This document shows positions 48,018-58,082 of a DNA stretch of 64,000 nucleotides, one piece after another. The notes under the pieces were generated by a model. It saw only the letters and a list, made by a program, of their open reading frames with translations. It was not told the DNA's origin and made no database searches. Numbering within the stretch: the stretch's first letter is position 1; the number at the start of each line of letters is the position of its first letter. The DNA lies in assembly GCA_047639455.1 (NCBI GenBank), contig JBLINS010000002.1, positions 226-64,225 of the forward strand, in the 5' to 3' direction. The stretch comes from Candidatus Omnitrophota bacterium (GTDB taxonomy: Bacteria > Omnitrophota > Gorgyraeia > 2-02-FULL-51-18 > JAGOUK01). Made by a program: the position numbers and the translations under genes.

Positions 48018-48281
48018 ATGGCAGTTTTTGCTGGAAAAAAGAAAACAGATTTAAAAGGTAAGCGTAAGAAAAAAGTCTTTCGCAAAAAAGTTTGTAAATT
48101 ATGCGCTGATCGCATAGTTCACATAGATTACAAGGATGCATCTCGCCTTCAGCGTTATATCACTGAAAAAGGCAAGATCATTAGCAGCAAAATTAATGGT
48201 AATTGCGCTAAATGTCAGCGTCGATTAGCGACCGCTATTAAGCGTGCACGTCAAATCGCTTTATTGCCATATTCTGGCTAA
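48018..48281 (+). CDS. rpsR: Ribosomal protein S18
   Basis: [50 protein letters not shown] is the S18 signature. Confidence 0.9.
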   Translation: MAVFAGKKKTDLKGKRKKKVFRKKVCKLCADRIVHIDYKDASRLQRYITEKGKIISSKINGNCAKCQRRLATAIKRARQIALLPYSG

Positions 48282-48365
48282 TATTTACTATTTCAATAGT
48301 CACGTTAGTTGTAATACTTAATAATAGTTCTTAATCTTGAATAATTATTTGTAAAGAGGTGAGAT

Positions 48366-48974
48366 ATGAAGATTGTATTAAATAAAAATATAGAAAACGT
48401 CGGTTCAGTTGGTGACGTTGTTGCTGTTAAGGACGGTTTTGCCAGAAATTTTTTAATTCCTGAGGGATCGGCTGTATTGGCAACACCTGGTAATATCAAA
48501 GTAATCGAACAAGAGAAATCGCAAGAAATTGCCGTTGAGAAAAAAAATCGTGTTGAAGCCGAAAAAATAGCCGAAAAAATTCGCACATTAACATTAAGTC
48601 ATGAAGTTAGTGTGGGTGAAGAGGGTAAGTTGTTTGGCGCTGTTACAGCTATTGATATCGTACAATTATTAGGAGCTGCTGGCGTTGAAGTGGATAAGAA
48701 AAATATCCGTATGGCTAAGTCTATCCGTAAAATTGGTGAATATGATATCGAAGTACGCTGCTATAACAGTGTTAAGGCGATATTTAAATTTTGGGTTTTA
48801 GACAAAGATAAAGATGCTAAAGAAGCTAAGGCAGAAGCTGTAGCATTAGCTGCTAAAGAAGCTGCAGAAATTGCTAAAAAGGCTGCTGAAGCCGAGGCTG
48901 CTGCTAATCCAGAATCTACCGAAGTTGAAGCAGAAGCATCTACGGAAACTGTTGATAAAGCAGAATCTAAATAA
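48366..48974 (+). CDS. rplI: Ribosomal protein L9 with a ~55-aa Ala/Lys/Glu-rich C-terminal extension
   Basis: L9 N- and C-domains are recognisable (MKIVLNKNIENVGSVGDVVAVKDGFARNFLIP...). They are followed by KDKDAKEAKAEAVALAAKEAAEIAKKAAEAEAAANPESTEVEAEAS. Confidence 0.85.
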   Translation: MKIVLNKNIENVGSVGDVVAVKDGFARNFLIPEGSAVLATPGNIKVIEQEKSQEIAVEKKNRVEAEKIAEKIRTLTLSHEVSVGEEGKLFGAVTAIDIVQLLGAAGVEVDKKNIRMAKSIRKIGEYDIEVRCYNSVKAIFKFWVLDKDKDAKEAKAEAVALAAKEAAEIAKKAAEAEAAANPESTEVEAEASTETVDKAESK

Positions 48975-48988
48975 GGACAACTAATTCC

Positions 48989-50368
48989 ATGGATATGGAG
49001 ACTATAGATCCTCCTGTTGTTGGCGGTAAGGTGCCTCCTCAAAATGTGGAAGCTGAATCAGCTGTCTTAGGTTCAGCCTTGCTGGATGATGCTGTTATAC
49101 CACTTATTATTGAGCGCCTTTCAGCTGACGCTTTTTACCACCCGCCTCATCGAAAAATATTCGAAGTCATGGTGAGCTTGTTTGAAGACAATCTCGCTAT
49201 TGACTACATCACTCTCACGGAGCGCTTGTCTAAAGGCGGCTTTGTTGAGCAGGTGGGTGGCGCGGCTTATTTGACGGAATTATCTTCAGCAGTACCTACA
49301 AGTGCTAATGTTGAATATTACATTCAAATCGTGCACGAAAAATCTATCCTCAGACGCTTAATCGCCACTTCTACCAAAATAGCGACTGGTTGTTATGAAA
49401 CAGGCACTAATCCCAGTGAATTATTAGATAGTGCTGAGAAATCGATATTTGAAATAGCCGGCGAGCGCTTTGGCAGTGAAGCTATGGTGCTTAAAGATAT
49501 TGTTCATAATTGCATCGAAAATATTGATCGCCTATATCAGCGCAAAGAAAACATTACTGGTATACCAACAGGCTTTCATCAATTTGATGTACAAACGGCT
49601 GGATTACAGCCTTCAGATTTAATCATTATTGCCGCACGTCCAGCTATGGGTAAGAGTTCTTTCGTAGTTAATATTGCCGAACATGTCGGTATTATAGAGC
49701 AAGTGCCGACAGCTATTTTTAGTTTAGAAATGTCAAAAGAGCAATTAACACAACGTATGCTATGCTCGCAAGCGCGCATTAACGCCCACAAGGTACGCAC
49801 AGGCTTCTTAGCTCAATCTGATTGGCCCAAGTTGACTGAAGCTGCAAATAAATTATCTAAAGCCCCCATCTATATCGACGACTCACCGGGTATATCCGTT
49901 TTGGAACTTAGAGCCAAAGCTAGACGTCTTAAAGCTCAGTTTGATATCCAATTAATTATTTTGGACTATATGCAATTAATGGGTTCAGAAGGGCGCACTG
50001 AGAATCGCCAACAAGAAATTTCGACGATTAGCCGCTCCATGAAGGCATTGGCTAGGGAATTGCACGTGCCTGTAGTTGTGATTAGTCAATTATCTCGAGC
50101 AGTTGAAAGTCGGACTGATCATCGTCCACAATTATCGGATTTGCGTGAATCAGGTTCTATTGAGCAAGATGCAGATGTGGTGATTATGCTGACGCGTGAG
50201 GAATACTATAAACCAACTGAAGAAAATCGCGGTCAGGCCGATGTAATCATAGCTAAACAGCGCAATGGGCCAGTTGGCGATATTAAACTCGCATTCATTA
50301 AAGAGCTCACTCGATTCGAAAATTTGGCTGTGCCAAGATACGATTCAGCTATGCCGAATGAGGTATAG
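48989..50368 (+). CDS. dnaB: Replicative DNA helicase DnaB
   Basis: N-terminal DnaB domain (PPQNVEAESAVLGSALLD) and a RecA-like C-terminus with Walker A (AARPAMGKSSF) and Walker B (LIILDYMQLM). Confidence 0.9.
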   Translation: MDMETIDPPVVGGKVPPQNVEAESAVLGSALLDDAVIPLIIERLSADAFYHPPHRKIFEVMVSLFEDNLAIDYITLTERLSKGGFVEQVGGAAYLTELSSAVPTSANVEYYIQIVHEKSILRRLIATSTKIATGCYETGTNPSELLDSAEKSIFEIAGERFGSEAMVLKDIVHNCIENIDRLYQRKENITGIPTGFHQFDVQTAGLQPSDLIIIAARPAMGKSSFVVNIAEHVGIIEQVPTAIFSLEMSKEQLTQRMLCSQARINAHKVRTGFLAQSDWPKLTEAANKLSKAPIYIDDSPGISVLELRAKARRLKAQFDIQLIILDYMQLMGSEGRTENRQQEISTISRSMKALARELHVPVVVISQLSRAVESRTDHRPQLSDLRESGSIEQDADVVIMLTREEYYKPTEENRGQADVIIAKQRNGPVGDIKLAFIKELTRFENLAVPRYDSAMPNEV

Positions 50369-50485
50369 AATCATCTCGCAACAGACTATGTGGTGTGATA
50401 TATTATTTTACTTAAATAGCACCATACGCGATGCCTAAAACATTAGAATAACTAACGGCAAAGACCCCAGGGAAAAAAATCAGCA

Positions 50486-52798
50486 ATGACCAAAAATAAA
50501 ACCGTATTAACGACTTTACTCATTACAATGTGTTTGACGTTAGGATTTACGCACTCAGCCTTAGCTGAGGACGTCAAGGTTGTTTCAGCTATCGAAATAG
50601 AAGGAAATGACACAGTTGCTCAACAAACTATATTGAGCCAAATTCGGACTGTGCCTGGTCGACCCTTAAATCAATCTTTATTAAGCGAAGACTTGAAGCG
50701 TTTGTATAGCTTGGGTTTTTTTCGCGATGTACAAATTCGTCAAGTCGATGATGCAAGTAGTCAAATTATATTACGCTTTTTAGTTAAAGAAAAAGCGATT
50801 CTCGGCAAAATCACTATTGCTGGTAATAGTCAGATTAAAGAAAGGGCCATTCGTGATGTATTGCGAGCTAAAACGGGTGACTTTTTTGACGAACAAACCA
50901 TACGACGGGATATAGACTCGGTTAAAAAGATATATGAGGCCAAAGGTTTTTATGATATCAATGTAACGCATGAATTAGAGTTTGATGACATTAATAATCA
51001 AGCCGAACTTATTATCCGCGTTGATGAAGGTGTTAAGGTCGTGATCAAAAGCATCACTTTTGAGGGCATGAATTGGTTTAAGCCCGCCAAGATTCTTAAA
51101 AGCATAGAAACCAAATCTCGTGGTTGGTATGGCCTTATTAGCGGCTTACTCAAAGAGGATGCGCTTGATATTGACATTCAGCGAATTCGCTCCATGTATG
51201 ACGAAGAAGGTTTTAGTGATGCCAAGATTGGACACCGACTTGATGCAACTGATGAACCTGGCCAGGTTAATTTGATTTTTGAAATTAATGAGGGCCGCCA
51301 ATACCTAGTCGGAACCATTGATTTTCAGGGCAATCAACTATTTTCCAATACTGCCTTAATTTCCGCTTCGGCCACTAAACCTGACTCACCTTTTTCTAGA
51401 CGTGGTTTGCGTCAAAACGTTTCTGATATCCAAGACTTGTATTTTGAAAAAGGGTATATGAATGCGCGCATCATCTTTGATTCGTCCTTTAATGATGAAA
51501 CTGGACGGGTTGATTCGATTTATAAAATAACTGAGAATAGCATCACTTATGTGAATCGCATTAAAATAATGGGTAATACCAAAACAAAGGATATAGTCAT
51601 ACGACGTGAGTTGCGCGTTTATCCAGGTGAGCCGTTTAACGGCGCTTCGCTAAAGCGATCTAAGGAGAGATTGTTTAATTTGGGTTACTTTGAAGAAGTT
51701 CAATTTGACACAGAAGACACGGAGAAAAAAGATCACAAGAACTTAATCGTGTCGATTAAAGAGCAGAAGACCGGCGAATTTAGTTTTGGCGGTGGTTTTA
51801 GTTCTATAGACAAAGCGTTAGGGTTTGTTCAAATACGCCAACGTAATTTTGATCATGGTAATTACCCATCGTTCACAGGTGCTGGAGAAGATTTGTCCGT
51901 TAGATTGCAACTAGGTACTGTTCGGTCACAGGGCGAATTATCCTGGACTGATCCATGGTTTATGGGGCATCCTTTTTCGCTTGGATTTGATTTATTCAAA
52001 CGCGAGTCTTCTCGAACCCGTAGTTCTGGACTTTTCTTTGATGAAGATAGGCAGGGTGGAAGACTGCGCATTGGTAAAGAATTAAGTGATTTTGATATTG
52101 TGAACGCATCGTATGCATATGAACAGGTTGATATTTCTGATGTGCCTGATGACGCATCTGCGGATTTGCAAGCTGAAGAAGGTGAAACTAATGTTTCTAG
52201 ATTGGCGCTGAACCTGACACGCGATAAACGTGACAATCGCTTTGTGCCAACAAATGGATACCTTCTATCAGGTAGCAGCGAGCTTGCTGGTGGTTTTTTG
52301 GCTGGTGATCGTGATTTTTGGAAGATGAGCGGATTAGCTGCTGGTTATTGGCCGCATAGAGGCGATAATGTCATTGAGCTCAAACTACGCGGCGGAATTT
52401 CTGACGCTTATGATGATTCCGAAAAAGTGCCGATATTTGAAAGATATTATGCTGGTGGTGCCAATACAATACGTGGTTACAAAGAGCGCCGGGTTGGCCC
52501 TAGAGACACTGGCACGGGAGATCCAATTGGTGGCGAAGCTTATTGGGTGGCCAATGCTGAATACACATTTCCAATTGTAGAAGGCGTGCTTAAGGCTGCT
52601 GCATTTTATGATATTGGTGCAGTTGATGCCACAATTGATGACTTTGGAGCAGGGGACATAGCACAGGGCATAGGTATGGGCGTGCGCATCAAAACTCCTA
52701 TTGGCCCTGTCAAAATTGATGCTGGGTTTCCGATAAATGACGTTGAGGGTGAGGATAAAGAAGTGCGTTTCTATTTTAATATGAGCCGTGGTTTTTAG
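50486..52798 (+). CDS. bamA: Outer-membrane protein assembly factor BamA
   Basis: Signal peptide, POTRA-like repeats and a C-terminal beta-barrel ending in an aromatic residue (…FYFNMSRGF). Confidence 0.85.
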   Translation: MTKNKTVLTTLLITMCLTLGFTHSALAEDVKVVSAIEIEGNDTVAQQTILSQIRTVPGRPLNQSLLSEDLKRLYSLGFFRDVQIRQVDDASSQIILRFLVKEKAILGKITIAGNSQIKERAIRDVLRAKTGDFFDEQTIRRDIDSVKKIYEAKGFYDINVTHELEFDDINNQAELIIRVDEGVKVVIKSITFEGMNWFKPAKILKSIETKSRGWYGLISGLLKEDALDIDIQRIRSMYDEEGFSDAKIGHRLDATDEPGQVNLIFEINEGRQYLVGTIDFQGNQLFSNTALISASATKPDSPFSRRGLRQNVSDIQDLYFEKGYMNARIIFDSSFNDETGRVDSIYKITENSITYVNRIKIMGNTKTKDIVIRRELRVYPGEPFNGASLKRSKERLFNLGYFEEVQFDTEDTEKKDHKNLIVSIKEQKTGEFSFGGGFSSIDKALGFVQIRQRNFDHGNYPSFTGAGEDLSVRLQLGTVRSQGELSWTDPWFMGHPFSLGFDLFKRESSRTRSSGLFFDEDRQGGRLRIGKELSDFDIVNASYAYEQVDISDVPDDASADLQAEEGETNVSRLALNLTRDKRDNRFVPTNGYLLSGSSELAGGFLAGDRDFWKMSGLAAGYWPHRGDNVIELKLRGGISDAYDDSEKVPIFERYYAGGANTIRGYKERRVGPRDTGTGDPIGGEAYWVANAEYTFPIVEGVLKAAAFYDIGAVDATIDDFGAGDIAQGIGMGVRIKTPIGPVKIDAGFPINDVEGEDKEVRFYFNMSRGF

Positions 52799-52848
52799 TA
52801 TTTGTAATTTTAATTGTTTAGTCAATCTGTACGTAAAAGGAGAACAAA

Positions 52849-53346
52849 ATGAAAACAAAGAGTATATTTTTAGTATTTGCAATCACGATTAGTATAGCAT
52901 TCGCCATGAATTCATCAGCCGCAGCACAAACGGTGGGCTATGTGAATTTATCAAAAGTATTTGACGCATATAATAAAACAAAAGAATTCGACGCTAATTT
53001 ACAAACGGAAGCTGAAGCAAAGCGTGGCGAAAGAGACGCTATTGTTGAGGGTATTAAGAGTTTGAGAGACGACTTGGAATTATTAAGCGCTGACGGCCGT
53101 GCCGAGAAGCAAGGTGAAGTTGATGCACGCGTACAAGAGCTGCAAGCCTTTGATAATGACAGTCGTTTGGAATTAAGGCGCAAAAGAGATACTATGATTC
53201 GCGATATCCTTAAAGAAATTGATGATATCATTCAAGAGTACGGCAAAGAAAATGGATATGATTACATCTATAACGACCGTATTCTTTTATACAAAACCGA
53301 TCAAAGCGATTTGACTGAGACCATTACCGAAATTCTAAATGGCTAA
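52849..53346 (+). CDS. skp: Periplasmic chaperone Skp (OmpH)
   Basis: Signal peptide and the OmpH-like N-terminus VGYVNLSKVFDAYNKTKEFDANLQTEAEAK. Position between bamA and lpxD. Confidence 0.7.
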   Translation: MKTKSIFLVFAITISIAFAMNSSAAAQTVGYVNLSKVFDAYNKTKEFDANLQTEAEAKRGERDAIVEGIKSLRDDLELLSADGRAEKQGEVDARVQELQAFDNDSRLELRRKRDTMIRDILKEIDDIIQEYGKENGYDYIYNDRILLYKTDQSDLTETITEILNG

Positions 53347-54385
53347 TTCCAGTTCCACTGCCTCAATCATATCGATTTCTTTAGCAGAAATTAATCAAAT
53401 GGTTGGCGGCGAATCCGCCGACTTTGAAGCCATTCATATCACCGGAGCATGCAGTCTTCAAGACGCAGGCTCCGGTGATATTGCTTATGCCAGTGGCAAG
53501 GCTCAAAATGCTTTATTAAAGCGAACTCAGGCCAGTGCCGTCATCGTTGCATTGGATTCGGAGTATTCAGCCAAACCAGTCATACGAGTCGCTAACCCAG
53601 CCAAAGCTTTTTTAGCCATCTTACGTTTGTGGCATACAGGCACAGAAAAATTAGCAAAAGAGGGCATCCATAAGAGCGCCGTTGTTGATGAAACCGCCAA
53701 AATTGGTCAGCGCGTATTTTTGGGTCCCGGTGTGATTGTCGATGAGAATGCTCAGATTGGCGATGGTTGCACGATATTAGCCAATACCTATATTGGTGCT
53801 AACGTTACGCTAAAAAATGATGTTCTAATATTTGAAAATGTCACTATAAGTGAAGACACAATCATTGATCAATTAGTAACCATACATGCAGGCGTCGTTA
53901 TTGGTTCGGATGGATTCGGCTATGAGAGAATTGATGATGTTTATATTAAAGTACCTCAGCGTGGTAATGTGTTGATTGAACAAAATGTTGAAATAGGTGC
54001 TAATACCTGCATAGATCGTGCCCGTTTTGGAACGACACGCATTAAGCAGGGGACCAAAATCGATAACTTGGTCCAAATAGGTCATAATGTTACCATTGGC
54101 GAAAGATGTCTTTTGGTATCCCAAGTCGGCATTGCTGGTTCGTCCGAACTGGGCGATGACGTAGCACTTGGCGGACAAGTCGGTGTTTCGGGTCATATTA
54201 AAATTGGCCCGCGCACTCAAATAGCGGCTCAGAGCGGCGCTTATACCAATATCGGGTCTGATCAAATCTTATTAGGTAGCCCGCCAAGGCCTTTTCGTAA
54301 AGAAAAAGAAATCATTGTTTATACATCTCGCCTACCGCAGTTATTCAAAGAAGTGCGTGAAATTAAAAAAAAGCTTTCTGAGTAA
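53339..54385 (+). CDS. lpxD: UDP-3-O-acylglucosamine N-acyltransferase
   Basis: LpxD N-terminal domain followed by extended hexapeptide repeats. Synteny skp-lpxD. Confidence 0.85.
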   Translation: MANSSSTASIISISLAEINQMVGGESADFEAIHITGACSLQDAGSGDIAYASGKAQNALLKRTQASAVIVALDSEYSAKPVIRVANPAKAFLAILRLWHTGTEKLAKEGIHKSAVVDETAKIGQRVFLGPGVIVDENAQIGDGCTILANTYIGANVTLKNDVLIFENVTISEDTIIDQLVTIHAGVVIGSDGFGYERIDDVYIKVPQRGNVLIEQNVEIGANTCIDRARFGTTRIKQGTKIDNLVQIGHNVTIGERCLLVSQVGIAGSSELGDDVALGGQVGVSGHIKIGPRTQIAAQSGAYTNIGSDQILLGSPPRPFRKEKEIIVYTSRLPQLFKEVREIKKKLSE

Positions 54386-54388
54386 TAA

Positions 54389-55243
54389 ATGCGACTTCAA
54401 CGTACAATTCGGGAATCGGGTCAAATATTAGGTTTAGGCGTTCATTCGGGTGAAGAGTGTTGTCTTAAGTTTAAGCCGCTACCAGAAAATTCGGGCATTG
54501 TTTTTTGTCGCAAAGATTTGGCAGAAGAAATGACTTGGGTCGTTGGTCAGCCGGGATTTGAGACTCCATTAAATGGAGATCTTCGTCAGACTACCCTTGG
54601 TTCCGATACAGGTTCTATTAAAACTATTGAACATTTGATGGCCGCACTCTGGGCTTTGGGTATATGTAATCTATCTATAGAGGTAATGGGTGGCGAAATA
54701 CCTATCCTGGACGGTAGCAGCCTTGATTTTATTAATGCGTTCAATGATATGGGAATAATAGATCAGACTGTAACTAAGCCGGAGTTCGTCTTAAAAGAAC
54801 CTTTATTTGTGTCTGGAAAGCAGTCTGCAATATTGGCCTTACCGAGCGCCGGGTTTAGCATTACCTATACACTAGATTACCCGCACCCACAATTAAAGGC
54901 GATGACATTAGCTATCAATATAAATCCTGAAGAATTTATTGAAAAAATCGCGCCAGCTAGGACATTTTGTACAAAAGATGAGGCCCAGCAACTTTTGGAT
55001 TTAGGCTATGGTAAGGGTGCGAATACTAACAATACATTAGTCCTGGCTGAAGATGGTCCAATTGAGAATGTGTTGCGGTTTGACAATGAGCCGGTGCGTC
55101 ACAAGATATTGGATTTGGTAGGCGATTTAAGCCTATTAGGGTATGATTTTAAAGCCCAAATTATTGCGATACGAAGTGGCCATGCATTGAATCATGCATT
55201 GCGAGCAAAAATACTTAAAACGAGTCAACTACAAGCTAATTGA
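54389..55243 (+). CDS. lpxC: UDP-3-O-acyl-N-acetylglucosamine deacetylase
   Basis: LpxC signatures (RQTTLGSDTGSIKTIEHLMAAL; KILDLVGDLSLLGYDFKAQIIAIRSGHALNH). Confidence 0.85.
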   Translation: MRLQRTIRESGQILGLGVHSGEECCLKFKPLPENSGIVFCRKDLAEEMTWVVGQPGFETPLNGDLRQTTLGSDTGSIKTIEHLMAALWALGICNLSIEVMGGEIPILDGSSLDFINAFNDMGIIDQTVTKPEFVLKEPLFVSGKQSAILALPSAGFSITYTLDYPHPQLKAMTLAININPEEFIEKIAPARTFCTKDEAQQLLDLGYGKGANTNNTLVLAEDGPIENVLRFDNEPVRHKILDLVGDLSLLGYDFKAQIIAIRSGHALNHALRAKILKTSQLQAN

Positions 55244-55275
55244 AATTTGATAAATTTATTTTAAGGGAGTGAACA

Positions 55276-55737
55276 ATGGCTGAGAGTACATTATTTGATC
55301 CATATCAAATGCCCATGGATCAAGAAGGTATAAAAAAAATAATTCCGCATCGCGACCCTTTTCTTTTGGTTGATCGAATCACTTCTTTAACTGAAGATAG
55401 CGTGATTGGTGAAAAAACATTAAGCGGTGAAGAGGATTTTTTTAGAGGCCATTTTCCAAGCAAGCCAGTCATGCCGGGCGTCTTAATGATTGAGGCATTG
55501 GCGCAAGTTACAGGCGTTATGATTTGTTCACGGCCTGATTTTCGTAATCGCATGGGATTTTTTGCATCCATTAATAAAGTTAAGTTCAGAGAAATGGTTA
55601 GTCCTGGCAGCACTTTGCGCCTCGAATCTATTAAAGTTCGTGAGAAGAAAATGTTTTATATTGCGCAAGCAAGGGCAATGTTGGGCGACAAAATGGCATG
55701 TGAAGCTGAAATTATGCTGTATATGGATGTACAATGA
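55276..55737 (+). CDS. fabZ: 3-hydroxyacyl-ACP dehydratase FabZ
   Basis: Hot-dog-fold signature (ILPHRDPFLLVDRI...; HFPSKPVMPGVLMIEALAQV). Confidence 0.9.
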   Translation: MAESTLFDPYQMPMDQEGIKKIIPHRDPFLLVDRITSLTEDSVIGEKTLSGEEDFFRGHFPSKPVMPGVLMIEALAQVTGVMICSRPDFRNRMGFFASINKVKFREMVSPGSTLRLESIKVREKKMFYIAQARAMLGDKMACEAEIMLYMDVQ

Positions 55738-56531
55738 TTGCTCACTCTACCGCGATTATTTCTCCCAAAGCACGTATTGATGATGATGTTGAGGTAGGTC
55801 CTTTTTGCATTATTGGTGATGACGCCGTTATTGGTTCTGGAACCAAAATCGAGTCCCACGCGGTTATAGAGGGGCATACTACCATTGGTAAAAATAACAT
55901 TTTGGGCGTTGGTTCTGTTATTGGCGGTTTGCCGCAAACAAAATCTTATGATGGTGAAGAATCTTATGTGAAGATTGGTGATTCTAATCATATCCGCGAA
56001 TATGTCACTATTCATCGCGGTAGCCACGGCACTCGTACCACAAAAATAGGTGATTCAAATTATCTTATGGCTTACTCTCATTTAGGACATGATGTTCAAG
56101 TGGGTAATCACGCAGTTGTAGCTAATGGTGCGATGATGGGCGGCCATGTAACAATTGGGGATAACGCCATTGTTGGCGGGCTTGTGGGCGTGCATCAATT
56201 TCAGCGCATTGGACGGTTTGCTATGGTTGGAGCGATGAGTCGTATTAGTTTTGATGTGCCACCTTTCTCGATTGTTGACGGTAATCCGAATGCCTTAGGT
56301 GGTGTTAACACAACTGGACTAAAGCGTGCAAATTTTTCGGTGGATGACATTCGCCAAATTCGAAATAGTTTTAAGCAACTATTTTTTTCTGACAAATTAT
56401 TCAAAGATGCGGTTGCTGAGGCCAAAATCAAGCAAGCTGATTGTGTGTATATGAAGGAATTATTGGATTTTATTAAGGATACCAAGAGATCAGTGATTAC
56501 ACGTAGAAAATCTAGTTCACATGCTGCATAA
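55734..56531 (+). CDS. lpxA: Acyl-ACP--UDP-GlcNAc O-acyltransferase
   Basis: N-terminal IHSTAIISPKARIDDDVEVGPFCIIG, hexapeptide repeats and a C-terminal helical domain. Confidence 0.9.
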   Translation: MIAHSTAIISPKARIDDDVEVGPFCIIGDDAVIGSGTKIESHAVIEGHTTIGKNNILGVGSVIGGLPQTKSYDGEESYVKIGDSNHIREYVTIHRGSHGTRTTKIGDSNYLMAYSHLGHDVQVGNHAVVANGAMMGGHVTIGDNAIVGGLVGVHQFQRIGRFAMVGAMSRISFDVPPFSIVDGNPNALGGVNTTGLKRANFSVDDIRQIRNSFKQLFFSDKLFKDAVAEAKIKQADCVYMKELLDFIKDTKRSVITRRKSSSHAA

Positions 56532-57378
56532 TTTATTTAAATTCAAATTAAGCGCTTTACCGAATCCCAAAAAACATTGCTTGGGTGTCGTCGCAGCTTC
56601 AGGAAAATTGCCTATCCAAATTCTGGAAAATGCGAAGTCCCAGGGATATAGACTAATTGTATTGGGTGTTGAATTAAAGGATGATCGAGTTGAGGCGCTG
56701 GCAGATGAATATCTAGCGGTTAAAATGACTGAGGGTCAAAAGGCTTTGGATTATTTGGTCACCGCTGGCGTCAAACACTTAGTTTTATGCGGCAAATTTC
56801 CAAAAACGGATTTTGCTAGTCATTATAAGCCGGATTCTTTGATTGCTGGTACATTGAAAAAAACTCTGAACGGCAAAGGTGATGATGGTATTTTAAAAGC
56901 AATATCAGGCTTATTGCGATTAAAGGGCATAAAGGTTTTGCCAATACTACCTTTTTTAATCCATGCTGCTGCACCTAAGGGTGTTTTGACCAAAACAAAA
57001 CCAACCCAAGCGCAATTCACTGATTTGGCATTTGGTTTTCGTATGGCCAAAAAGATTGGTCGATTAGATATTGGTCAAACGGTGGTGATTAAAAATGAAG
57101 TTGTTTTGGCGGTAGAAGCTATTGAGGGCACCGATGCTACCATTAGGCGCATTAATGAATTTAACTCAGAAGGTGCAGCGGTTGTAAAAGTCTCTAAGCC
57201 ACAACAAGAATTAAGATTTGATATGCCCGTGATTGGCTTGAGCACTATAGAAAGTTTGATTGCAGCCAAATGTGCTTGCATTGGTATTGAGGCTGGTAAG
57301 ACGTTATTAGTGGATCAAAGCGACGTTATTGAATTGGCTGACAAAAATCAAATTTGTGTAGTAGGGATTACGCAATGA
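56521..57378 (+). CDS. lpxI: LpxI-type UDP-2,3-diacylglucosamine hydrolase (DUF1009)
   Basis: N-terminal LGVVAASGKLPIQIL and LVLCGKFPKTDF resemble the LpxI/DUF1009 motifs. Located directly after lpxA. Confidence 0.6.
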   Translation: MLHNLFKFKLSALPNPKKHCLGVVAASGKLPIQILENAKSQGYRLIVLGVELKDDRVEALADEYLAVKMTEGQKALDYLVTAGVKHLVLCGKFPKTDFASHYKPDSLIAGTLKKTLNGKGDDGILKAISGLLRLKGIKVLPILPFLIHAAAPKGVLTKTKPTQAQFTDLAFGFRMAKKIGRLDIGQTVVIKNEVVLAVEAIEGTDATIRRINEFNSEGAAVVKVSKPQQELRFDMPVIGLSTIESLIAAKCACIGIEAGKTLLVDQSDVIELADKNQICVVGITQ

Positions 57379-58067
57379 CAGGCAGAGTATTAATTATTGG
57401 GCCCAAAGATGCAGATATGGATGCATTATTGGAATACGTAAAAAAGGAATCGCATTTTATACCTCGGCTTGTTGATTTATCAGACATCAATGAGGAAGCG
57501 ATATTAGCCTTTAAGCCGGACATCATTATTTTTAATGCAGGCGCAAGTCCTGAGACGGCAATTAAATTCTTTGATCGCTTTATGAAACTTGATTCCCTTA
57601 AAGACTTGCCCTGTCTAATTGCAGTGGAAGAAGATAAAATTATTTCGGCATCCAATTCATTGCCCATGGGTGTAGCTGATATTGTTGCTAAGCCAATACG
57701 ACCTTTTGAAGTTGTTGCCAAGATGCAATTGCTATATCGCAAGACACATAGAATATCAGACACATCTATAATTCGCTCTGCTGAATTAGAAATTGATATA
57801 TCTAAATACGAAGTTAGGGTGAGTGGCAAAAAAGTTGATTTAACATATACGGAGTATGAATTATTAAAATTCTTGGCTAGTAATCCAGGCCAGGTGTTTG
57901 GGCGGGACCTATTATTGAATAAGGTTTGGGGCTATGATTATTTTGGTGGCGCCAGAACTGTTGATGTTCATGTTAGGCGCTTGAGATCAAAGTTAGAAAC
58001 TAATACTGGCAGATATATTGAAACTATTCGACATATCGGATATAAATTTGTGCATGAAGAAGAGTGA
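57375..58067 (+). CDS. Atypical OmpR-family response regulator (receiver domain with Asn at the phospho-acceptor position)
   Basis: C-terminal winged-helix (LTYTEYELLKFLASNPGQVFGRDLLLNKVWG...RTVDVHVRRLRSKLE). The N-terminal receiver-like domain keeps the K-P motif (AKPIRPFE) but has ...PDIIIFNAG where the phosphorylatable Asp normally sits. Its ATG overlaps the lpxI stop (ATGA). Confidence 0.75.
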   Translation: MTGRVLIIGPKDADMDALLEYVKKESHFIPRLVDLSDINEEAILAFKPDIIIFNAGASPETAIKFFDRFMKLDSLKDLPCLIAVEEDKIISASNSLPMGVADIVAKPIRPFEVVAKMQLLYRKTHRISDTSIIRSAELEIDISKYEVRVSGKKVDLTYTEYELLKFLASNPGQVFGRDLLLNKVWGYDYFGGARTVDVHVRRLRSKLETNTGRYIETIRHIGYKFVHEEE

Positions 58068-58082
58068 GTAGCGGAGTGAATC

